Source of the DNA: Dehalococcoidia bacterium
Lineage (GTDB): Bacteria > Chloroflexota > Dehalococcoidia > Bin125
Assembly (NCBI GenBank): GCA_963662615.2
Contig: CAXXSR010000001.1
Location: forward strand, 1,943,984 to 2,007,983
Length of the DNA: 64,000 bases
Direction: 5' to 3'
Part shown: positions 9,393-19,584 of the stretch, piece after piece
Position numbering within the stretch: position 1 is the first letter of the stretch
Layout: every line of letters begins with the position of its first letter
Position numbers and translations under genes: made by a program
Notes under the pieces: generated by a model
Databases searched by the model: none
What the model was told of the DNA's origin: nothing
Seen by the model: the letters and a program-made list of their open reading frames with translations, nothing else

Positions 9393-12182
9393 GTGAGCAC
9401 CACCACCCCGCAGTCACCCGCCGACACGGCCCTCTCCGGCAAGCTGGTCTACCCCTTTGGTGGTGGTCATTCGGCAGGCAGTGCGGATCTTCGCAACCTG
9501 CTTGGAGGCAAGGGCGCCGGCCTCGCCGAGATGAGCAATCTCGGGATCCCCGTTCCACCTGGCTTCACCATCACGACCGAGGTCTGCAACGCCTACTACG
9601 CCCAGGACCGCACCTACCCCACCTCCCTTGCCCCACAAGTTCGTGACGGCATGACCCACATTGAGCAGACGGTGGGCGCGCGCTTCGGCGATCCGACCAA
9701 CCCGCTCTTGGTCTCGGTCCGCTCAGGCGCGCGCGTCTCCATGCCCGGCATGATGGATACGGTCCTCAACCTGGGCCTCAACGATGCCACCGTGGAAGGT
9801 TTGGCGGCGCGCTCTGGTGACGCGCGCTTCGCCTACGACTCGTACCGCCGGTTCGTCGCCATGTACGGCGACGTTGTGCTGGGCGTCAAGCGAGAGTCGG
9901 CGTTGGATCACGATCCCTTCGAGGTGATCTTGGACAGGATGAAGCGTGAGCGCGGCGTCAGCTTGGATACGGAGCTCACCGCTCCCGACCTGCGGGAGCT
10001 GGTGGCGGAGTACAAGGCGATAATTCGTGGCCAGCCGGGCCTGGAATTTCCTGACGATCCGTGGGAGCAGCTCTGGGCGGCGATCGGCGCCGTCTTCGAT
10101 TCGTGGCATAGCCCCCGCGCCACCGTGTACCGCTCCCTGCACGGGTATCCGTCGGAGTGGGGGACGGCCGCCACGGTGCAGGCCATGGTCTTTGGCAACC
10201 TAGGCGATGACTGCGCGACCGGCGTTGCCTTCACACGCAATCCGAAGACGGGGGACCGCGGCCTTTTCGGCGAGTTTCTGATCAACGCGCAGGGCGAGGA
10301 CGTCGTCGCAGGGGTGCGCACGCCGCAGCCGATTCGCGCAGCAGACCAAGCCGCGGACCAAACGCCGGGCGAGGCGGCCTCACTGGAAGAGGCCCTCCCA
10401 CAGATCTATGGCGACCTTACCCGGGCCTGTTCGACCCTAGAGGAACACTTCCGGGACATGCAGGACATTGAGTTCACCGCCCAGCAAGGGACGCTCTGGA
10501 TCCTGCAGACACGCGCGGGGAAGCGTACCGGCCAGGCGATGGTGAAGATCGCGGTTGACCAGGTGGAAGAGGAGCTCATTGACCAGCGCACCGCGCTTCT
10601 GCGTCAGGATCCGGAGCGGATCGCCGAATTCCTCCACCCCATCTTCGACGCTTCGGCGGCGCGCGACGTGATCGCCAAAGGTCTTGCGGCATCGCCCGGT
10701 GCGGCGGTCGGCCAAGTCGCCTTCTCCGCGCAGGAGGCGGCGGAGGTGGCGGCAAGCGGAGCGCCCGCCATCCTCGTTCGTATTGAGACCAGCCCGGAAG
10801 ATATTGAGGGCATGATCGCCGCGCAGGGAATCCTCACCGCCCGAGGCGGCATGACCTCGCACGCGGCCGTGGTGGCGCGAGGGTGGGGAAAGTGCTGCGT
10901 CGTCGGTTGCGGCGCGCTCGACATCGACTACGAGCGGGGGCGGTTCCGCGTGCGTACGAACGGCGGCGGCGAGCTTGTCGTTCAACGAGGGGACACCATC
11001 TCCATCGACGGCAGTAGCGGCGAGGTCATGCTGGGCTCCGTGCCACTGATTGACCCGACACCACCCCAGGAATGCGATCGGCTCATGGCCTGGGCCGACC
11101 CGGCGCGCCACCTGGGCGTGCGCGCCAACGCGGATACGCCGGAGGATGCCGCCCTGGCGCGGGCGTTCGGCGCGGAGGGGATCGGTCTCTGCCGCACGGA
11201 GCACATGTTCTTCGGCGAGGACCGGATCTTGGCCGTCCGGCAGATGATCTGCGCGGAGGAGGAGGAAGGGCGCCGCGTCGCGCTCGCGAAGATCTTGCCC
11301 ATGCAGCGGCAGGACTTCGAAGGCATCTTCCGTGCCATGGCCGGCTTTCCCGTGACCATCCGTCTGCTCGATCCGCCCCTGCATGAGTTCCTCCCCAGAG
11401 AGCGGGAGGAGATGAGCCCGGTCGCGGCGGCGCTGGGCGTGTCCATGGACTACCTGGAGCGCCGCCTGGCCGCGTTGCACGAGGTCAACCCCATGCTCGG
11501 ACACCGAGGTGTGCGCCTCGCCTTCACCCACCCCGAGCTCTACGACGTGCAAGCGCAGGCGATCATGGAAGCCGCTTGCGCCCTCGCCGCGGAGGGTCTT
11601 CGCGTGGTCCCTGAGATCATGATCCCGCTCGTGGGCATGCTGGAAGAGCTCCGACGCGTCCGCGAGCGCATTGTTCGTCTTGCCGAGCGGGTGATGGAGG
11701 AGAGCGGGACGCGAGTCGCCTACACGGTAGGCACCATGATCGAGCTGCCGCGGGCCTGCGTCACCGCCGACGCCATAGCCGAACACGCCGATTTCTTTTC
11801 TTTTGGCACCAACGATCTCACGCAGACCGCCTTCGGCATCTCGCGCGATGATGCGGGGCACTTCCTCCCGACCTACATGGCCCAAGGGATCGTTGATTAC
11901 GATCCCTTCGTGAAGATCGACCGCGAGGGCGTCGGCGAGCTGATGCGCATAGGCGTTGAGAAAGGCCGGCGCGCACGGCCGGATCTGAAAGTGGGCATAT
12001 GCGGGGAGCACGGCGGCGACCCGGCATCGATTCAGTTCTGCCACGACGTGGGTCTCGACTACGTCTCCTGCTCGCCCTACCGCGTGCTCATCGCGCGGCT
12101 GGCGGCGGCGCAGGCCGCGCTCAGGGATATCCCGGAAGCGGCGGCGGCCCCGGGACGGGCAAGCGAGGACGGCGCCGGCTAG
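9393..12182 (+). CDS. ppdK: Pyruvate, phosphate dikinase
   Basis: LLGGKGAGLAEM, SVRSGARVSMPGMMDT, GGMTSHAAVVARG, GIGLCRTEHMF, FSFGTNDLTQ, GICGEHGGDP. Confidence 0.97.
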   Translation: MSTTTPQSPADTALSGKLVYPFGGGHSAGSADLRNLLGGKGAGLAEMSNLGIPVPPGFTITTEVCNAYYAQDRTYPTSLAPQVRDGMTHIEQTVGARFGDPTNPLLVSVRSGARVSMPGMMDTVLNLGLNDATVEGLAARSGDARFAYDSYRRFVAMYGDVVLGVKRESALDHDPFEVILDRMKRERGVSLDTELTAPDLRELVAEYKAIIRGQPGLEFPDDPWEQLWAAIGAVFDSWHSPRATVYRSLHGYPSEWGTAATVQAMVFGNLGDDCATGVAFTRNPKTGDRGLFGEFLINAQGEDVVAGVRTPQPIRAADQAADQTPGEAASLEEALPQIYGDLTRACSTLEEHFRDMQDIEFTAQQGTLWILQTRAGKRTGQAMVKIAVDQVEEELIDQRTALLRQDPERIAEFLHPIFDASAARDVIAKGLAASPGAAVGQVAFSAQEAAEVAASGAPAILVRIETSPEDIEGMIAAQGILTARGGMTSHAAVVARGWGKCCVVGCGALDIDYERGRFRVRTNGGGELVVQRGDTISIDGSSGEVMLGSVPLIDPTPPQECDRLMAWADPARHLGVRANADTPEDAALARAFGAEGIGLCRTEHMFFGEDRILAVRQMICAEEEEGRRVALAKILPMQRQDFEGIFRAMAGFPVTIRLLDPPLHEFLPREREEMSPVAAALGVSMDYLERRLAALHEVNPMLGHRGVRLAFTHPELYDVQAQAIMEAACALAAEGLRVVPEIMIPLVGMLEELRRVRERIVRLAERVMEESGTRVAYTVGTMIELPRACVTADAIAEHADFFSFGTNDLTQTAFGISRDDAGHFLPTYMAQGIVDYDPFVKIDREGVGELMRIGVEKGRRARPDLKVGICGEHGGDPASIQFCHDVGLDYVSCSPYRVLIARLAAAQAALRDIPEAAAAPGRASEDGAG

Positions 12183-12239
12183 CGCTGGTCACGGGCCGTC
12201 TCCCCAAGCCCGCGACGGTGGACCAACGATCTCGTCTGG

Positions 12240-13730
12240 CTACGGTGGCTGCGCCTCGGCGCGTTCGTCGCGGGAACGGGCTTCGGGGGCCGCCCGCGGG
12301 GCCCTGCCCGTGAAGCCACGGTTCTCGCGGCCTCCGCCAATTGGCAAGGTGATTCGGAAGATCGTGCCCACGCCTACCTCGCTCTCCGCCCCAATCTCAC
12401 CCCCTTGTGCCTGCACGATCTCGCGCGAAATGGCCAAACCAAGCCCGGTACCCCGCCGCCGCGCGGTGCTGCGCGCCCGGTAGAAGCGTTCGAAGAGAGG
12501 CCCCAGCTCGTCCGGGGGGATGCCCTCGCCCGTATCGCGCACCGTGAGGGCCACCTCCCCACCTTCCCGCGAGGCGCCCAGGGTGACGCCTCCCTCGCGG
12601 GTATGCTCCATCGCGTTGTCCACGAGATTCGTGAGCACCTGCACCATGCGGTCGAAATCGCAGGAGATGACCGGCAGGGGGTTCGCCACCTCGACGCGCA
12701 GATCGAGGCCAGCGTCGGCCGCGCGCTGTTCGAAAACATCGGCGACGTGCGTCAGGAGCTCCGCAGGATCGACGTTCTCCCGCCGCAGGCGGAACTCGCC
12801 CGCCTGCATGCGCGAGAGGTCCAGCAGATCCTCCACAAGGCGGAGCATGCGGCGGGCCTCATCATCGATGACCTGCACGGAGCGGCGCCGCTGCTGCTCA
12901 TCCTGCACGGTGCCGTCGATCAGCGCTTGCGTGAACCCCCGAATGGCGGTGAGGGGCGTGCGAAGCTCATGATTCACGTCCGCCATGAAGTCTTGCAGGG
13001 TGCGCTCGTTCGCCTGGACTTGTGCGGTCATTCGGTTCAGGGCCCGCGCCAGCTCTCGGGTCTCATCCGGCCGCTCCTCGGGCACGCGCACGTCGTACTG
13101 GCCACCTCCCACCGCGCGGAGCGCACCCGTGAGGCGGTGCAGAGGGTTATAGATCGAACGGCCGATCAGCAGCCCCACGAGGAGGGCGACTCCGAACCCA
13201 ATGAGGCCGCTAATCAGGAGGCGCGGCAGCAGGTCGCCGACCACGCCCGAAGCCCCGGCGCCCGGCACGGCAATGGCGACAAAGGCCGCGCCGCGAAAGC
13301 GGGTCACCGGTACCAGGCGCGCCAGAAACGGCAGCGATTCTCCGTTCGCCTCGGCCTCACCCGTCAACCACTGCTCTGGACTGCGCCGCACGTCGCGCAA
13401 GGTGACGGGAAGCTGGAGGTCGTTGAAGGCCGCTGCCGACGAGAGATCGCGAACCACTCGACCGTCGGCATCGAGGAGGAAGACCAGCGCACCGGTCTCC
13501 TCCGACTGCGCCTCCAAATAGCGGGCGAACTCCGGCGCCGAGACGTTGCGCTGGGCAAATTGGTCAACGCCGAAGAGGACTTGATCCGCCACCAGCTGCA
13601 ACGTGTTTCGGTCCAGGGCGTCGCGATAGCCGCCCAGCAGGGAGAAGAAAACGATCCCGGTGACTCCCAGAGTCAGGATGATGACGAAGGCAAAGCCACC
13701 GAGGATTCGAAGGCTCAGGCTGCCAAGCAC
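12240..13730 (-). CDS. HAMP-domain sensor histidine kinase
   Basis: Two TM segments, HAMP domain, HELRTPL, NLVDNA, DTGEGI, GTGLGLAI. Confidence 0.93.
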   Translation of the reverse strand: MLGSLSLRILGGFAFVIILTLGVTGIVFFSLLGGYRDALDRNTLQLVADQVLFGVDQFAQRNVSAPEFARYLEAQSEETGALVFLLDADGRVVRDLSSAAAFNDLQLPVTLRDVRRSPEQWLTGEAEANGESLPFLARLVPVTRFRGAAFVAIAVPGAGASGVVGDLLPRLLISGLIGFGVALLVGLLIGRSIYNPLHRLTGALRAVGGGQYDVRVPEERPDETRELARALNRMTAQVQANERTLQDFMADVNHELRTPLTAIRGFTQALIDGTVQDEQQRRRSVQVIDDEARRMLRLVEDLLDLSRMQAGEFRLRRENVDPAELLTHVADVFEQRAADAGLDLRVEVANPLPVISCDFDRMVQVLTNLVDNAMEHTREGGVTLGASREGGEVALTVRDTGEGIPPDELGPLFERFYRARSTARRRGTGLGLAISREIVQAQGGEIGAESEVGVGTIFRITLPIGGGRENRGFTGRAPRAAPEARSRDERAEAQPP

Positions 13731-13782
13731 GCTGTCGCGCCTTGAGGACGCAGGCCTGCCGCCGTCTGGTGGCGGTGCATGC

Positions 13783-14466
13783 TCATGCCCCGGAATCGGC
13801 GACCAGCTTGTAGCCCACCCCGCGGACCGTCTCGATACTGACGCCGCGGTCGCCCAACTTGCGCCGGAGCTGGGTCACGTGCACGTCAACGGTGCGTGTC
13901 TCGCCGTAATAATCGTAGCCCCAGACCCGCTCCAGGAGCTGGGCACGGGTCAGGACCATCCCTTCGTGCTCCGCCAGGGCGCGGAGGAGGTCAAACTCCT
14001 TCGTCCGCAGCGAGATGGGATCGTTCCCGACGGTGACTTCGCGGCGAGCCCAGTCAATGGTCAAGGGACCTACGGTCACGGCGCTCCGCGCGCTTTTGCC
14101 ACCGCCCGCCGCCCGCCGCAGGATGGCCTTGACGCGCGCGGTGAGTTCACGGGGATTGAACGGTTTGCCCAGATAGTCGTCGGCGCCCAGCTCCAGCCCG
14201 ACGATCCGATCGACCTCCTCGGTGCGGGCCGTGAGCATCAGAATCGGCACGTCGGACTCCGCACGAACGATCCGGCACACCTCCAGCCCGTCGATCTCCG
14301 GCATCATCAAGTCCAGCACGACCAGATCCGGCGATTTGGCGCGGACCACGTTGAGGGCGGCCTGCCCATCCTCCGCCGTCAAGACCTGGAAGCCTTCCTT
14401 TTCCAGGTACATCGTTGCGAGCTCGCGGATGTGCTCTTCATCGTCAGCAACGAGAATCGTCTTCAC
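13783..14466 (-). CDS. OmpR/PhoB-family response regulator
   Basis: ILVADDE, DLVVLDLMMP, GADDYLGKPF, RTVDVHVTQLRRKL, TVRGVGY. Start placed at GTG 14466. Confidence 0.93.
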   Translation of the reverse strand: MKTILVADDEEHIRELATMYLEKEGFQVLTAEDGQAALNVVRAKSPDLVVLDLMMPEIDGLEVCRIVRAESDVPILMLTARTEEVDRIVGLELGADDYLGKPFNPRELTARVKAILRRAAGGGKSARSAVTVGPLTIDWARREVTVGNDPISLRTKEFDLLRALAEHEGMVLTRAQLLERVWGYDYYGETRTVDVHVTQLRRKLGDRGVSIETVRGVGYKLVADSGA

Positions 14467-14761
14467 TGCACCTCCAGCGGAGCCGGCCTCCTGGCCGCCA
14501 CACGCCAGTCCTTCCGCTCGCGAGATCGGCCCGTCATCCCTAACGCTATTGTAGATTGCGCGCTCCCACATGCCCCACTCATGCCTTCAGCCACCCCCCG
14601 CCGCAGGAAGAACGCCGCTGATTCCAGTGTGCCCGGCGAAGGTGAGCGGGACGTGTGCGCGATGTTTGCGGGACGTAAATCGGTGCGACCGCCGCCGCCC
14701 GGCTGTTCCTGCCGCCGCTCCGGCGTGGGCGCTGTCTCACAAGCCGAAGGGCGGAGCCTTG

Positions 14762-15994
14762 CTACGGCATGAATCGTTCGTTCGTCGCCACGGCGCCGAA
14801 GCCTTGCGCGATGGCACCGCCCGGCACATAGATCCGGCCGGCCAGCGGGGCTGCGCCGGTCCCGTGCCGCGGCGTAGGCATTGCCGGGAACGTCTTCCAT
14901 GCGTCCGCGGTGGGATCGTAGGCCTCCACCTCGTCGAACACTCCTCAGGCGTCTGCGCGGCTGCCCTCCCCGCCGAAAACGTAGAGCCGCCCATTGAGGA
15001 CCGCGGCGGCGATGCCGCCCCGAGGCGTTGGCATGGGCGCGCGAGACGACCACGTGCGCGTGTCGGGATCGAATGCATCCATACGACCATCCACCGTCGC
15101 AATCGTGCCGCCACGGCCGCCGGCAACGAACACCATGCCGCCAATCGCGCCTGCGACCAGATGATCTCGTGGCGCGGGGACGTCAGGCAGGATCTCCCAA
15201 CTGTCCATAGCGGGATCGTAGGCAGAGAAATCGCCAACGGCCCCGCTGCGGAAGCCACCTGCAACGTAGATCTTGCCGCCCAGGACAGCCACGCCGGCAC
15301 CGTCTCGCTCGGTACCCGCGGGCATGGCCGCTCGCGCGCTCCAGCTGTCGGCGTCGGGGTCGTACTCGAAGGCGCGGCCGTCGGCGGAGAAGGCACCACC
15401 AGTCAGGAACCCCACGACGTAGAGTCTCCCGTTCACCGCTGCCGTGTTGGCATGGTGCAGGGGCAGCGGGAGCGGTGCGACGGTGCGCCATCGCTCCGTG
15501 GCCGGGTCATACGCTTCCACCGTGGCCACGATGTTGCGCCCCCTGTCAAAGCCGCCCAGCACGTAGATCTCGCCTGCCAGCGCCACCACCGCTGTCTCTT
15601 GCCGCGGCCCCGCGGCGAGCGGCGAGAGTGCTTCCCAGCGCCCCGCTGGTGTGATGCCGCCGACAGCGGCGGGCTCCGCGGCCTCCTCCTTGGGTGCATC
15701 TCCGGACCCAGTAGGCGTGGGCTCGGCGTCCCCCGGCGACGTTGCGTCGGGTGACGGCGGGGATTCATCGCGTCGCTGGGGAGCTCGCTCGCCGGCGGAC
15801 TCCCCGGTGCGGGCATCGTCGGGCTCAGGAGTGCGGGCCGAATCCGAGCCGTCCCCGCAAGCGAAGAGCAACGACGCGGCAAGGACGAGGACTGCCGGGG
15901 CCGTGCGGAGGATGCGCGGACCGCTTCGGGCGCTCCCGCGGGAGTGTCTGATCACGTCGCGATACGACCCCCCCGAGAAGGCACCGTTCCCCAC
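14762..15994 (-). pseudogene. Kelch-repeat (beta-propeller) lipoprotein with an in-frame TGA at 14945-14947
   Basis: Lipobox LLFAC; repeats of IYVLGG...VEAYDP...W. After the TGA the frame continues GVFDEVEAYDPTADAW...GRIYVPGG...FMP* to TAG at 14762. True start uncertain. Confidence 0.75.
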
Positions 15995-16077
15995 GACGAC
16001 CGGCTATCGAGCGCGCTGCCGGCCCGGCGGCTGACCCGAGCCCGGGCCGGAGGGAGGCGGCAACGGCGCCGGCCCGG

Positions 16078-16647
16078 TCAGGAGCCGCCGGCTCCGATCT
16101 CCTTCGGCGCCCGCGCCGCAGTCAATTCAGCCGTGAACTTCTTGCGGCCGTTTCGTTCCTTCTCCGTCATCGCCATGACGTCTTCCGGAATCCAGAACGG
16201 GATCTCCCTGTCCGCCCGGCTGGGAGCCAAGAGATCGTCCAGATCCAAGACGAGCTCGCGCCGATCATATGCGCTCTGTTCGTGCCCCTCCCAGAGAGGA
16301 AGCATAGCGATGGCGTCGAAGGGGCAGACCTCTACGCAGATATTGCAGCGCATGCAACGCCCAAAATCGATATAGAAGTCCTCAATGACGGCCTTATGAT
16401 TGCTCTCCCCAGCTGCGAATTTCGCATTCTTCGTGAGTGTCGTTGTCATGCAGTCAACCGGGCATGCCTTGACGCATTTTCCGCAGCCGGTGCAGTTGGG
16501 CTCCTCCAGCTCATGGTTCCAAATGAGGTAGGGGAAGGTGCGGGCCCGCTTCGGCAGGGTGCGCTTTTCGTCCGGGTAATGCACCGTTACGGGCTGCTGG
16601 GCAAAGATCCTGGCGCTTCGCGCCATGGCCTTCATGATTCCGCGCAT
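16078..16647 (-). CDS. nuoI: NuoI-like 2x[4Fe-4S] ferredoxin subunit (standalone)
   Basis: PVTVHYPDEK, CTGCGKCVKACP, IDFGRCMRCNICVEVCPFDAI. No other nuo genes adjacent. Confidence 0.8.
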   Translation of the reverse strand: MRGIMKAMARSARIFAQQPVTVHYPDEKRTLPKRARTFPYLIWNHELEEPNCTGCGKCVKACPVDCMTTTLTKNAKFAAGESNHKAVIEDFYIDFGRCMRCNICVEVCPFDAIAMLPLWEGHEQSAYDRRELVLDLDDLLAPSRADREIPFWIPEDVMAMTEKERNGRKKFTAELTAARAPKEIGAGGS

Positions 16648-17405
16648 AGAGGCTCCTCGATCCCGCTCCGTCGCGGGTTGATCTCTGTCCGACCAGCCGC
16701 TCCGCTTTTCGCTCGCGAGGTAGGTGCTACTGCCATGATAATGGATGGCCCCGAGACGGCCGGCAGGCGCCGGTCTGGCGTCGTCCCGCCGGGATCACAG
16801 CACCGCGGGCGCTGGCTGGGGAAGCACTCGCGCAGATGCCGTTGGGAACGCTGCCCTCGACCCATGAATGGATCGAGCTGCACGCCGCGACGGCTCAAAT
16901 CTCAAGAGAGGTCGCGCGGGAGGTTCCGCGGTGGCGCTGTGCCGTGTCTCGGCGTCGCCACGGGGAGCGTAGTGCGGCCCCGCGGGCGCCGTGCGATGAC
17001 GCGGGAAGGATTCGCACAATTCATCACAAACAGCCGTCGTCCCGATGGCTCTGGGGGGCAGCAGGCCAGCGCGGAGATCCGTCGAGTCCTCGCGAAGCGT
17101 AGGAATGAGGGCGCAGTGCAGATCGATCGTCTACGCTGACAGCCCCGGCTTCGGAATGCATCGAGGCACCTCTCGATGCGAACGCGCAGGGAGGCGCGGC
17201 ATGGCTCCTCAACACCAAGCGAAGCGCCGGACGCTGCTTCCTCTTCGGTCGTGCGTCGACATCCCACGATCCGACAGCGATCTGCGCCAGCGCCCCCGCG
17301 AATTGCCGTCGAAGCCGGCACCCGCTAGCCCGCCCGCGTCATTGGAGGCGACGCGATTGGCGCAGCAGAGCGCGTTCAGGAGGTATCAGGATAGGAGCGA
17401 GATCC

Positions 17406-17660
17406 ATGGTGAGGGAAGGTGTCCTTCGACCTAAGGCGACGGACCTGCGTCAGGCGAGAGACGCACCGGCGCGCTGCCAGCGTTGCCGGGGGACCTTGGT
17501 GGCGATACGCGAAGACGGTCCCAACGAGGGGGTTTGTCTCAACTGCGGTTGGCGTTGGTACGGCGCCGACGTGGTGCAGCTGGCGCAGGCGCAGGCGGAG
17601 ATGCAGCCGCGGCGATCGGCGCGCGGGTACGCCGGCTACCATGCCAGGCGCGGATACTAG
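17406..17660 (+). CDS. Small zinc-ribbon protein
   Basis: CQRCRG...CLNCGW (two CxxC pairs); AGGAG RBS before the ATG. Confidence 0.55.
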   Translation: MVREGVLRPKATDLRQARDAPARCQRCRGTLVAIREDGPNEGVCLNCGWRWYGADVVQLAQAQAEMQPRRSARGYAGYHARRGY

Positions 17661-17916
17661 CGAGACCGCGCCCGGCGGGGCAGTCGCTGTGTCGGCCCGG
17701 GCCCATCCCTGAGCAGCCGGCCCATCCCACCAGCAAGCAGAACGTGCCGAAAGGCTCCGGGGAGTCGCCTCAATGCGCGCGCCTGCGGCACGCGGCCGAC
17801 GTCCCTGGCTCTGACCCGCAGCACCGCGCCTCCTGCGGATCAAGCCAATCTTGGTCCCGCTCCCCGCGGGGGATCCGCTGATGGCGCGCACCGGGACAAG
17901 TTGACGGTCCCCCGGG

Positions 17917-18267
17917 TTAGGACCAGTCCACGATCACGACCGCAAATGCGTACCCTGTCCCAACTAGGGCGGCGCCATAGCAGAGCAGGGCGATGGGCCG
18001 GTCGAAACGGCGCAGCCCCAGCTCCCCCAGCGTAAAACGGAAGCGGTGCGCCCAGTGGAAGAAGGCTAACGATACGACGATGACGAGGGCAGCGCGAAAC
18101 GCCTTGTGCTCGAATACATCGACCAGCTGCTCTTCTGAGATCACGCCAGCCGCGAGGACGAAGCCCAACATGACGATGAGCACCGGCATCAGCAGCGCAG
18201 TGATCGTGCCCCCGGCGGAAAAGAGGGACCAGAACAGCGGCTCGTTGGACGGATTGCGTTTCAGCAC
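17917..18267 (-). CDS. frdD: Fumarate reductase subunit D
   Basis: SNEPLFWSLFSAGG, FHWAHRFRF; operon position. Confidence 0.88.
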   Translation of the reverse strand: MLKRNPSNEPLFWSLFSAGGTITALLMPVLIVMLGFVLAAGVISEEQLVDVFEHKAFRAALVIVVSLAFFHWAHRFRFTLGELGLRRFDRPIALLCYGAALVGTGYAFAVVIVDWS

Positions 18268-18315
18268 TGCGGACCTCGACTCATCGCCGCGGGCACTTGT
18301 CGTTCCCGCGGCGAC

Positions 18316-18699
18316 CTAGACGAGAAAGAGGAGCGCGACCAGCGCCGAGAGGACAAGCAAGGCCACGTAGTTGGGCAGCGTCACTTTCCAGGGCGCTAGT
18401 CTCTCCTCGCCTCGCCAGATAGGCACCGCCTTCGCGAACGAATTGAACCACGTCACAGTGTGGAGCACTGCGAAAATAAAGATAATTGCGTGCAGCGCCA
18501 GCATCCCCGGCGTGTCGAGGAAATCGAGATAGGCCGCCAGCGTGTCCCCGCCTTTGTAGACCTTGATGCCCAGGACCAAGAGGAGGAGCGCATAGCCGGC
18601 CACGAAGACCGCCGAGAGCTCCCGCAGCATGAAGAGCGTGTAGGGCCGCCGCTGCAGCCACCAGGTCGCCTTCATCTTGGGGTAGTACGGCCTACGCAT
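18316..18699 (-). CDS. frdC: Fumarate reductase subunit C
   Basis: [14 protein letters not shown]...YTLFMLRELSAVF...LHTVTWF. ATG overlaps the frdB stop. Confidence 0.88.
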   Translation of the reverse strand: MRRPYYPKMKATWWLQRRPYTLFMLRELSAVFVAGYALLLLVLGIKVYKGGDTLAAYLDFLDTPGMLALHAIIFIFAVLHTVTWFNSFAKAVPIWRGEERLAPWKVTLPNYVALLVLSALVALLFLV

Positions 18700-19460
18700 C
18701 AGCTCGCCTTTTCCGGCCCTCCGCCGAAGGGAAGCAGGAACGATTTGTACCAGGAAACGGCGCTTGAGAGCTTGAGCTGCTGAATGGCGCCGGCAGGATC
18801 GACGTCCTTTGGGCAGACGGCGCTGCACTCTCCGACGAACGTGCAATCCCAGATGCCCTCATCGCTCGCGACCACCCAGGCGCGGCGATCGCGGCCCTGA
18901 TCGCGCGAGTCCAGATTGTAGCGATGGGCCAGAGCGAGCGCCGCCGGACCCACGAACTCCTTCTCGTTGCCGTACACCGGGCAGGCGGCATAGCAGAGCA
19001 TGCAGTTGATGCACATGCTGAACTGCTTGTAGCGGGCGAGCTGCGCCGGGGTCTGCCGATACGCCCCCTCGTCGAGAGGACGCTCTTCCTCACGAATGAG
19101 CCAGGGCTGGACCGCCTGCAACTTCGCCATGAAATCATCCAGCACAATGACCAAGTCGCGCTCGACAGGGAAGTTAGCGAGCGGCTCCACCTTGATCGGA
19201 CCCGGCGTGTAGTCACGGAGAAAGGCGGCGCAGGAGAGCTTGGGGACACCGTTGATCATCATCCCGCAACTGCCGCAGACGCCCATACGGCAGGACCAGC
19301 GGAACGAGAGGGTTCCATCAACCTGGTCCTTGACGTAGTTCAGGGCGTCAAGGACCACCCAGTCACGGTGGAACGGCACTTCGTACTGCTGCCACGTGGG
19401 CTCTTCGTCCTCCCCGGGGCGGTAGCGCGTCACCTCAAGGGCGATGGTTTCGCCGGTCAT
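18699..19460 (-). CDS. frdB: Fumarate reductase/succinate dehydrogenase Fe-S subunit
   Basis: [39 protein letters not shown]. Confidence 0.93.
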   Translation of the reverse strand: MTGETIALEVTRYRPGEDEEPTWQQYEVPFHRDWVVLDALNYVKDQVDGTLSFRWSCRMGVCGSCGMMINGVPKLSCAAFLRDYTPGPIKVEPLANFPVERDLVIVLDDFMAKLQAVQPWLIREEERPLDEGAYRQTPAQLARYKQFSMCINCMLCYAACPVYGNEKEFVGPAALALAHRYNLDSRDQGRDRRAWVVASDEGIWDCTFVGECSAVCPKDVDPAGAIQQLKLSSAVSWYKSFLLPFGGGPEKAS

Positions 19461-19584
19461 TGCGTCTCCAATTCCGAGGTCGTGCGCGCGCAGACCCGGT
19501 CGCCGTGGCAGCGACCCAGCTGCTCAAGCGTCTGTCGCCCCGTCCGGGCCGCAGCACGCGGCCCGGACGCGTCTCTCCCCGGCC

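Noticed and set aside
10437-12044. Long antisense ORFs (also 7111-8586, 12405-13745, 26886-28820, 34870-36189, 43136-44380, 47493-48884)
   Set aside because: These are shadow frames of well-supported genes in high-GC DNA, with no motifs of their own.
16650-17400. ncRNA or riboswitch in the 750-bp intergenic region (hairpin 17158-17179; CACAA direct repeat near 17015-17030)
   Set aside because: No recognisable family motif, and hairpins are expected at this GC content. An Rfam scan would be needed.
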